In this document: positions 12,301 to 20,862 of the stretch, in pieces
How positions within the stretch are numbered: position 1 is the stretch's first letter
How the letters are laid out: every line of letters begins with the position of its first letter
Source: Octopus bimaculoides
Lineage: Eukaryota
Assembly: GCF_001194135.2 (NCBI RefSeq)
Contig: NC_068985.1
Location: 123,490,091-123,554,090, forward strand
Length of the DNA: 64,000 nt
Direction: 5' to 3'
The notes under the pieces: generated by a model
Told to the model about the DNA's origin: nothing
Seen by the model: only the letters and a program-made list of their open reading frames with translations
Databases searched by the model: none
Program-made: the position numbers and the translations under genes

Positions 12301-15300
12301 CAGCTGACGATAATGCTGCTACAAGTTATTTCCTGAATAACTTTATTAACTATACAGGTAACCAGATTGTATCATACTCCATCAGATATTTTAAGCATCT
12401 CAGTGCTGACTCCCAATAAACCAGGGGCTTCCCCTGTCTTCATATTACCTTATCTGTCATACTGCTGTCAACTTGAATAGCTGTTACCCCTGTCAGGTTC
12501 CCATAGGCAAGACTCCCTTTCTCCCATTCACTCTCCACATTTAATTGCCTTTCATAGTAGTACTTCCATACCTCTTTCTTTTCAAGATCACTAAGTGCAA
12601 GCATACCATCATCCATCCATACACACTTCTTTCCTACAACGTCTCTATTCTCTCTGACACACTGTCTAACAATCTGGAACTCCTCTAGCCTCTGATTTTC
12701 ACTCTGTAAGGCATTTGCAAATCTCTTCCGTTCTGCGTCTGTCCTTGCTAGATTAACCCTAACTTCCCTCATGGCTACTTGCTATAGCTCTTTGCTGTCT
12801 CCATTTCTCCAATCTTTCCAAGCCTGCCTCTTTGTTTTTATGACCTTATCTATTTCACTGTTCCACCACCTTATCACTCTTTGCCTCAGCCATAAATTTG
12901 GTCTGTAGCCTTCAGAAAGTTGTCTTGTAAGAATTTCCAGTTGTCCTCTATGTTATATGTCACAACCTCCTCTGCTTTCTTATCAAATGCTTTAATCAGA
13001 ATGTCTCTAAATCTCTGACTCTTTGATGGATCTTTGAGGTTTCATAATTCCCTTTTCCAAACTGGTTTGCATCTCTGTTTCCATATACACACTCTCTCTC
13101 TCATGTACATGCACACACATATGATGTGTGTGCATCTGCCTAATCATCTGCCTAATCACTTACAAGGAATTGGTTAGCTCTCAGGCATAGTGGAAGACAG
13201 CCTACAGTACTACACAGTAAGAACAAGTCCTAAACTAAGCAGTTATCAAGTGAACCACACAACCATTCCTGTGCTTTTTGCCTTTCATTTTGTTTTTTTA
13301 AAAAAGGTACATAGACAAAATAATATATGTTTTTTGTGTTATTTTCTTGTTTTCTTTGCAGTATTCATATATTCTACTCCTGGTTATAGTATTCCAGTGA
13401 AAGAAAGAATGCTTTATTCAAGCTGTAAATCTTGTTTTCTCAGTTATGTTGAACAGAATATGGGAATGGAAATTGTCAAGAAGGTGAGTTTGGTGTATTG
13501 TTCTTACCTATAACTCTTTTGGTTCTGCTCATTTGGACTATTGTTATATTGGGGCACTACCTTGAAGAAATTTTAGTCCAGTGTTTTCTCAAAGTGAATG
13601 ATACTGTTCCTAGGCAGAGGTCAGGATTTTATATGGATAGTGGGGATAAAGGGTTGGAAGGCATAGGTGAGTCTCTTTTTTTTGTCCTCTATTTAAAAGC
13701 TAAGTTTGTAAAAAAAATTTGATTCTAATGTTATGCAAAACTGCTTCTTAGCCACAGACACAATAACACTAATATAAAGACAAATGATGACATCAACAAT
13801 AACAGACAATTGAAATGTGAGTTAATAAATAAACAAAGCCTAACATATACTACATTATGAACAATATATATATCTATATATGTGCGTGCGTGCGCGCGTG
13901 CACACACACACACACACACACACAAATAACATATCCATTCTTAATACATTCTGGTAGATTCGAAGATTGTCTGATCCTGTTGTTTTTTTCTTTTCTGCCA
14001 TCAAAGAATGCATCCTCCCTAAGTTGATGAGTGTTTGTGACACTTGCATTTCACTGGTTCATCACTGTTAAGGGACTTCAAGACACTGCAGTGGTTCAAC
14101 CTCTTTGTGTCTTCTCTATCAAAGCTACCCCATGGCCTGACTGATGAATCTTACAAGAGCATGAACTCTTGTGTATAGAAATTACATGGTGAATACAATC
14201 ACCTAAAGAGAGGAGGCATTCTCTGGTGGCAAAAAATAACACCCATCTAATATTCATATTCTAATCTGCCAGAACATATTAAGAATGAATAGATGTGTTA
14301 TTGTTTGGATTCTTGTTGTTCTGCATGCATCCTTTGAATTATTACCTGTTTGGCAGACTTTCACATGCATCAGCAAATAGCTCACTTGCTGATTACTATA
14401 AACAAAAGCTCATAGGGTGGCTTTAACTGTGGAGACACATGAGGTCAACACACTATAATGTCTCAAAGTCCTCTTACACTGGTGAACCAGTAAATCGTGT
14501 GTGATGAACACACATTGCCTAAAGAGAGGAGGCCATCTCTAGGCATGAAAAAATACTTCATTCTGACAGACACATTTTAATCTGCCAGAACATATTAAGA
14601 ATGAACAGATACCTTATTGTTTGACTTTCACTGCTCTATATACACCCCGTGTGTATATAAACCTTAATGCTAATTTACTATACCCAGTTCATTCTTCTCA
14701 GTATATCTCTGGAAAATCCTCTCCTCACCTTGTAACTATTGAAAACAGAACAGTAAATGCATTGATCTTATAGGCCTTGGGCACATTCCCTCCCTTCAGA
14801 TCAAACTAATATATTTTTAAAATATTGGCCAACTAGATAAGATACTGAACTAGCTACATAAAAGGTCGTAGATTTTCACCTACTATTTATCTTTTTGGGC
14901 CAAGCACTTAATCCAGCTTTCTGCAGTTAATCTATGAAGGAATGTAAAACTGATATAGACTAATAGCTCACCACAGAATAGAGGTTCATTTTTATGGCAT
15001 ATTTAAATCCAGAGTTAAGCATTGGTGCCCTGTTGAAGATTATGGAGTCTTTATTTATCTTTATTTTTGATGATACAAAGTGGTATAAAAAAACTTCCTG
15101 GATTAGTTCTGTAACATGCCAACAGATGGCAGCACACATTGGCATGTGCAGTGAGAGCTAGCAGTGACCTTCATGATGTAGTATGCCAAGTGACATTATT
15201 GTGTTTACTTTTCAAGTTGAGAAATTTTGTGTTTTTGTGATCATGTGTATGTTGTAGTCTGTAATTTTGTCATGGACAGGGAGTTTGATCAAAGAGCGAA

Positions 15301-18300
15301 CATGAAATTTTGCATTAGATTTTGAAAGTCTGCAACAGAGACATTAAGCATGCTTCAGCAAGCTTACAGTGACGAAGCAATGGTTCATATGCAGTGTTTC
15401 AAGTGGCATAGGCACTTCAAAAGAGGAAGAATGTGCCTGGAATACCTGCCATGAGCATCACCTCTGGAAATGTGGAGAAAATTCATCAGTTTGTGCATGA
15501 GGATCGTCGGAGAGCAATCAACAACATTACTGATATCCTTGGTCTGTCTTATGGGTCTGTGCAGGCAATCCTAATGTCTGAATTAAAAATGCAACACATT
15601 TCTGCCAAGTTTGTCCCCCACCTGCTGACCACTGAATTGAAAGAACATCACATTGAAGTCTGTCGGAGTGCCACTGGTGACCCATCTTTCACGTCAAAGA
15701 CCATCACCGGTGACAAGACTTGGGTCTAAGGGTATGACCCTGAGATGAAGCAGCAGTTGTCACAATGGAAGAGCTCTTTATCTCCATGACTGAAGATGGT
15801 ATGACAGAGCTGCAGAGTATGCACATCACTTTTTCGACATCTGCAGTATTGAGAATTCACTCTGCTGGGCCAGACTGTCAATTGAGAGTTCTCCTGCGAC
15901 GTTTTGAAGTATTTGAGGGAGGACATTTGGCGAAAGCAACTGGAACTGTGGAGTGTGAAGAATTGGATTCTTCATGATGACAATGTACCCTGTCACCAAG
16001 CTCTCCTCACTTATGAATTTCTTACCAAAAACAACATGGTATCACTTCTGCACCCACTCTGCCGATTTCCATCTCTTTCTCAAGATAAAAATGCAGTTCA
16101 AAGATTACTGTTTTAACACCATTGTTGAGATCCAGAGCGAATTGCAGAAGCTCCTAAACTCACTTATGGGAAACGACTTACAGGCTTGATTCCAAAAGTG
16201 GCAGGAATGCTGGGACTGGTGTATTGCTGCACAAGGTGACTATTTCAAAGGAGATGATGTTTAAAATTAGGCAAATAAGTTGTTTTTTATTAAACATACC
16301 TAGTCTGGGAACTTTATGATGCTACCTCATACTAAGAATGTCTTAGTATTATCAATCTTTGTGTCTTTCCCAAGAAAAATCATTAATTTTCAGGCTTTGG
16401 TGTGGAGATCCACGATCATCTATCCCTGTAAAACAGGTATGGCACATGAAGAGAGGGATATAAATTTAAACATTTTTATTATTATATATAGATGATGCAT
16501 GTTGAGTAGAATATTTGTTTTAAGTTTCTCTTTTCTCTGTATAGTACTAATGATGTTAAACGATATTGAATTCATATAAAACTGATGCAATAATGACAGT
16601 AAAACAATCCATAAGTTTCTGCATTATTTCTTGGTTGTAGGGTTCCTGCTGTTAAATGCGTCTTTGTTGTAGCTAATTATGTCTAGTTTTTAACAAGCTG
16701 TGTTATTTATGACTGCCTGATATTATTGCTTTAAATATCAAGGTATTAAAACGTTACATGGTTGCCAGATCTGCTGGAAATGGTAGCCAAATTTGCTCTT
16801 CTGTGTTAAAGCATTAAAAAAAAAAGAGGGAAGGAAACAAACATGGATCACAAACACTGGTTATTTTTTACAAGACCAGAAGATGCTTGAGCTCCCTAGT
16901 CACTACCAATGTTTTACAAAGCTCAGGTGAGACTCTCAATGGAGTACTACACCTACATCTAGGACATTACTATTGCAACACTTGCGCACATCTTAGACTG
17001 CATTTCTTCAAAACTCAGTCAAATGATTTGCATGAAATCATTGAACACACTCCAATGTCTTTCTTCATTTTTTTTATTGAAAAAAGAAATTTCTATTTAT
17101 AATTATTGAACATTTGATAATCCTTTTTTTCAATATAATTATTGAACATTTGATAAATTTTGTTTGATTGACAAGAGTTATGTTGTATGATTGATGTAAA
17201 AGATGAGGTTTGAAATTTCATTAAAAAAAAACACAATTTGTAACTGATTTTTATATATATAAATTTGAAATAAATGTTTTAGTATTTTTTTTTTTGGTTG
17301 TGGTGGTGAGGATGGGTGGTATAAAATGATATTTAAGAAATGTCTTTTTTTAAAAAATTTTGTATTACATTTTATAGTTGATTGGAGAATTATAATTTAA
17401 AAAAGCAAATCAACAAAATTCCAAAATATGGTTGATATATATTTACCCTGTGAAATATTTCCAAATATTTAATCTTTCATTATTTTATAAGTGGTGAAGA
17501 TTGATTTATTTAGTCTACAAACTATTTCTAAATTCCTATTTAATCCTATATACTAAGTGAAAAGTCCTTTTGTTGCCGTCGTCTTTGTCTATTTCACTAC
17601 TTGGGTTTTGGTGTGCTCTGGTCAGTTGGTGACTCCTTGACCCTGTATGAATTTCTATTTCGTAACATATACATATACACAGATGATGTGTTGGAGCTGG
17701 CAGAATCGTTAGCACGCCGGGCGAAATGCCTAGCGGTATTTCGTCTGCCGTTACGTTCTGAGTTCAAATTCCGCCGAGGTCGACTTTGCCTTTCATCCTT
17801 TTGAGGTCGATAAATTAAGTACCAGTTACGCACTGGGGTCGATGTAATCAACTTAATCCCTTTGTGTGTCCTTGTTTGTCACCTCTATGTTTAGCCCCTT
17901 GTGGGCAATAAAGAAATAAGTTGTTGCCTATTATAGTAAATATTTCCAGAAACTGGGATAAAATGCAGTCTCAAAGCTGATTGGCTGAATTTGAACTCAC
18001 ACACACACACACACACTGGGACTTAAATGTTCTAAATTATATAAATAGTCCTACATATATACAGAAAAATGGGATACTCACTGCTTGAACATAAGCTTGC
18101 TTGATCAGGGCTGATCAGGAGCTAAGCAACTTTTGTTTTTACTTTATTTTATGTTTTAAAGTACTTTTTTTTTTTTTCTTCTAGATTGAAATTTCTGAGG
18201 GTGCTGAATTAACTGATGAGTTCTTGCAGGATGAACTTCATCCAAAGAAAAATATTGCTCGGCAAGCATTTGCTAAACCAAAAGGCCCTTCAAATCGAGG

Positions 18301-18349
18301 ACCAAAGCGAATGATCAGACCCACTTCAGATTCATCTGCAGTTAACTGA
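881..18349 (+). CDS. TWF1: Twinfilin (two ADF-H domains plus C-terminal tail), 5'-partial, 7 coding exons: join(881..1017,1990..2085,3826..3930,7231..7356,8373..8523,13362..13483,18185..18349)
   Basis: Manual splice reconstruction: all introns GT-AG, phases 0,0,0,0,1,0 join into one frame ending in TGA at 18347-18349. Hallmark motifs: [83 protein letters not shown]. Confidence 0.97.
1205..1602 (+). mobile_element. Two degenerate tandem copies of tRNA-type SINE family A
   Basis: ttggcagaat head, gttcaaatcc/ttcaaatctc B-box-like motif, caactttg..tttcat central block and ggccttgtgcctaaattagaaacc tail, compared with 25950-26180 and 9319-9531. Confidence 0.7.
1990..2085 (+). CDS. TWF1: Twinfilin exon: [32 protein letters not shown]
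   Basis: tttAG at 1988-1989, GTaagt at 2086; 96 bp, phase 0/0. Confidence 0.97.
2340..2853. mobile_element. Rearranged RTE LINE 3' fragment: inverted ORF2 C-terminus (2340-2469, - strand) fused to sense 3'UTR (2470-2853) ending in (GAT)n
   Basis: Minus-strand translation [42 protein letters not shown]. The + strand part matches the 3'UTR of the 10-13 kb RTE (gcaagacacct, ttgcaagttactt, aagggcatccagc). Confidence 0.85.
3826..3930 (+). CDS. TWF1: Twinfilin exon: [35 protein letters not shown]
   Basis: tttAG ending at 3825, GTaagt at 3931; 105 bp. Confidence 0.97.
4127..4258 (+). mobile_element. tRNA-type SINE, third family, fragment
   Basis: gtgtggcctaagagttagggtgtt (A-box-like), gggttcatttcct (B-box-like), then gtgttcctgagcaaaacactt. 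Confidence 0.6.
6618..6700 (+). mobile_element. SINE family B head fragment
   Basis: gcaggcttggttgtgtagttaagaagtttgctttgcaactatgtgg matches the family B head seen at 7682-8049 and 38872-39020. Confidence 0.6.
7231..7356 (+). CDS. TWF1: Twinfilin exon: [42 protein letters not shown]
   Basis: gttAG ending at 7230, GTaagt at 7357; 126 bp. Confidence 0.97.
7682..8049 (-). mobile_element. Near full-length SINE family B (tRNA head, internal microsatellite, TAAAAGAG-type tail)
   Basis: Reverse complement aligns with 32574-32978: ggtgcaggcgtggatgtgtggtaagg head, gacaaccaatactggtgtg, ggcggtgctccagcatggccacagtcaaatgactgaaacaagtaaaag. Confidence 0.9.
8237..8280 (-). ncRNA. Minimal type I hammerhead ribozyme motif in a Penelope-like repeat fragment (~8160-8345)
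   Basis: Minus strand: ACAC-CTGATGA-A-GGCTG[gagggtatat]CAGCT-GAAA-TG-TT-GTGT. Stem I ACAC/GTGT, stem II GGCTG/CAGCT, loop-less stem III. Confidence 0.75.
8373..8523 (+). CDS. TWF1: Twinfilin exon: [50 protein letters not shown](V)
   Basis: ttcAG ending at 8372, GTttgt at 8524; 151 bp, ends in phase 1. Confidence 0.97.
8651..8877. mobile_element. Non-autonomous TIR element (TTAA|CCCT...AGGG|TTAA type, piggyBac-like ends)
   Basis: Right end aatgctaaagggTTAA is intact; left end ttagcccttt is degenerate. Reverse-complement homologue at 61697-61899. Confidence 0.7.
9319..9531 (-). mobile_element. SINE family A, flanked by (AAT)n on both sides
   Basis: Reverse complement: ggcagtgagcttgcagaatcattagc...gttctgagttcaaattccaccaaggtcgactttgcctttcatcc. 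(AAT)n/(AAC)n at 9271-9318 and (AAT)n at 9534-9550. Confidence 0.9.
10040..13085 (-). mobile_element. 5'-truncated, degraded RTE-clade LINE (RT, PHD-like finger, C-terminus, ~1 kb 3'UTR, (GAT)n tail)
   Basis: Translations: [80 protein letters not shown]. Multiple stops and frameshifts; no endonuclease domain seen. Confidence 0.93.
13362..13483 (+). CDS. TWF1: Twinfilin exon: (V)[40 protein letters not shown]
   Basis: tgcAG ending at 13361, GTgagt at 13484; 122 bp, phase 1/0. Confidence 0.97.
14040..14650. repeat. Composite repeat: block A (14048-14135) with inverted copy (14410-14497); block B (14180-14330) with direct copy (14500-14650)
   Basis: cctaaagagaggagg...aatctgccagaacatattaagaatgaa occurs twice. 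catttcactggttcatc...aaagctaccccatgg is the reverse complement of catagggtggcttt...gaaccagtaaatcg. Confidence 0.75.
15074..16331 (+). mobile_element. Full-length inactive mariner transposon (~1.26 kb; transposase pseudogene ~15272-16264)
   Basis: HTH start [25 protein letters not shown]; AKFVPHLLT; catalytic [25 protein letters not shown] (YSPDL region deleted); C-terminus [19 protein letters not shown]. Degenerate ~30-bp TIRs flanked by TA at 15074 and 16330. Confidence 0.92.
17053..17999 (+). repeat. Intronic copy of a duplicated segment (partner 18617-19334), interrupted by a SINE
   Basis: Collinear, high identity by eye from caatgt..ttctatttataattatt to ggctgaatttgaactca. The 229-bp length difference equals the SINE insert. 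Confidence 0.95.
17694..17919 (+). mobile_element. Young SINE family A copy
   Basis: gagctggcagaatcgttagcacgccgggcgaaatg...gttctgagttcaaattccgccgaggtcgactttgcctttcatcc...gtgggcaataaagaaata; CpGs retained; absent from the paralogous empty site at 19241-19260. Confidence 0.95.
18185..18349 (+). CDS. TWF1: Twinfilin last coding exon: [54 protein letters not shown]
   Basis: Long T tract plus ctAG ending at 18184; TGA at 18347-18349. Encodes the FAKPKGP tail motif, known in twinfilins to bind capping protein. Confidence 0.97.
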   Translation: MEISEGAELTDEFLQDELHPKKNIARQAFAKPKGPSNRGPKRMIRPTSDSSAVN

Positions 18350-18616
18350 GTCGGTTGATGAAGTAACCATTGAACCTCATATTGGTAACGAAGTGCTATT
18401 CAAAGGAAAAAAATAAAAAAATAAATATAAAAGTAAAAAAACAAAAACAGCAAGAATCATAACTAAGAGAATAATTAATTGACAAAATCTTGTATATTCT
18501 CTTTCTCCTCTTCCCAGCTCATAAGGCATTTTTAATTAACATACCATATTCTTTATGCCCTTTTCTCTGTCTTTCCTCCATAAAATGGAGTTAGTAAAAT
18601 ATATTTTTTGTATTTT

Positions 18617-19334
18617 CAATGTTTTTCTTCCTTTTTTTTATTGGAAAAAGAAATTTCTATTTATAATTATGGAACATTTGATAATCCTTGATTCAATATA
18701 ATTATTGAACATTTGATAAATTTTGTTTGATTGACAAGAGGTATGTTGTGTATGATTGATGTAAAAGGTGGAGGTTTGAAATTTCATTAAAAAAAAACAC
18801 AATTTGTAACTGATTTTTATATATAAATTTGAAATAAATGTTTTAGTATTTTTTTTTTTTTAGTTGTGGTGGTGAGGATGGGTGGTATAAAATGATATTT
18901 AAGAAATGTCTTTTTTAAAAAAATTTTGTATTACATTTATAGTTGATTTGAGAATTATAATTTAAAAAAGCAAATCAACAAAATTCCAAAATATGGTTGA
19001 TATATATTTACCCTGTGAAATATTTCCAAATATTTAATCTTTCATTATTTTATAAGTGGTGAAGATTGATTTATTTAGTCTACAGAATATTTCTAAATTC
19101 CTATTTAATCCTATATACTAAGTGAAAAGTCCTTTTGTTGCCGTCGTCTTTGTCTACTTCACTACTTGGGTTTTGGCGTGCTCTGGTCAGTTGGTGACTT
19201 TGACCCTATATGAATTTCTATTATACATATACACAGATGATCTGTTGGAACAGTTGTTGTCTATTATAGTAAATATTTCCAGAAACAGTGGGATAAAATG
19301 CAGTCTCGAAGCTGATTGGCTGAATTTGAACTCA
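18617..19334 (+). repeat. Downstream (probable 3'UTR) copy of the duplicated segment
   Basis: Partner of 17053-17999; begins 268 bp after the twinfilin stop codon. Confidence 0.95.
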
Positions 19335-20370
19335 ATCATTTATCAATGAAATTTGTTACAGATCAGTGCATTGCCATCTGTATCACTCTTACAGAGCTGA
19401 TAATGATATCACAACGAATTATATTGAACTAATAATAATAATAATAATAATGGTTTCAAATTATGGCATAAGACCAGTAATTTTAGGGATTGAGGCTTAG
19501 TTGCATGATTGCATATTTTATGTTTTAAGTTTGCACGTTTTTGAAATAACTAAGGATTGAAGTTAAAATTTCTTATTTATTTGAGTGGATAAATAAAGTT
19601 TGTTGACTAGTCATCATTAGACATGTTCAAGCAACATCTTGCAAGACTCAAACCAATTCCAGAAATCTTTCATTATTTGATAAGCAGTAAATGAAATGTG
19701 TTGATGGCTGAGACAAAAGGATGATAGACTAAAGTGCAGGACATACTGTACTTAGTTTCATCTTTCACAGTTCCAAGTTCAAATTACAATAAAGTAAACT
19801 CTGAATTTTCATTTTTCTCCCTTCAAGTCAACAAAACAGCACTGATAATATACAGGAATTAACTATACTTTGCTTCTTTCAATATTTGGACTTATGCCAA
19901 ATAAATCATTTGATAAGTAGTAGATCTTGTTATTTTATATATGATTTTTTCCATTTTTGCTCTTTAGTCTCTCAAATTGTCTTCTATGTATATAAAGTAT
20001 ACCGACAATAAAGAAAAAAACAAGAGAAACACTTTTAATGAGAATATGTTACGGTAGTCAGACACTTTCTAAATTGTTTTTTTTATTATTGATTTTGTAT
20101 TGATCTATATTTCATGGTTGAAAGTGGGTGTCAGAGAAAATAAGTATTTTTGGATGACAGAATTGGTGAAGTGCTGGACAAGATATGTTGCATTATTTAA
20201 TTACATTAATTTATATTCTAATTTTAAGTCTTACTGGATTTGATTTTGTACTTTATTCTTCCAGGATTGATGAAATAATTACAAAGCAAAAATGTGGGTG
20301 GGTCAGTTCAATCAATTCTACTCTCCTCAAAAAATCTGTGATCCTCTGCCAGTGTACAGAACCATTATTT

Positions 20371-20420
<50 letters not shown>

Positions 20421-20862
20421 TAGTTTTATTTTTATAGCGTGCTTTCACTTCACTACCAAGCACAGCTCTGTGTGCCTTGGGTATGTGCTGTGTTTTGCGT
20501 AGGATGTGTGCAGTGCCCAGTAGTGCAGTTTTCTGTATGTTATATATATTTGTAAGTCCTGGTGTTTTTGTTATGTATTTGTCTGAATGTTTTGTTTTGT
20601 ATTTGTCTGAATATTCCTACTATGATAGGAATTGTTTCTGTTTTTAGATTCCACATTCGAATTACCTCTGTTTCCAGGTCTTTGTATTTTGAAAGTTTCT
20701 CCATTTCTTTTAGAGAAATGTTGTCATCTGCTGGTATTGATACATCAATTAGAAAGCATTTTTTTTCTTTTATTACTATTACTATTATTATTATTATTAT
20801 TATTATTATTATGGAAATGATAATAATGGTTTAAGTAATTAAAAATGGAAAAAGTTGCAGGG

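Noticed and set aside
18400-20015. A specific twinfilin poly(A) signal
   Set aside because: Several AATAAA hexamers occur (about 18412, 18833, 19592, 20008) and none can be chosen from sequence alone.
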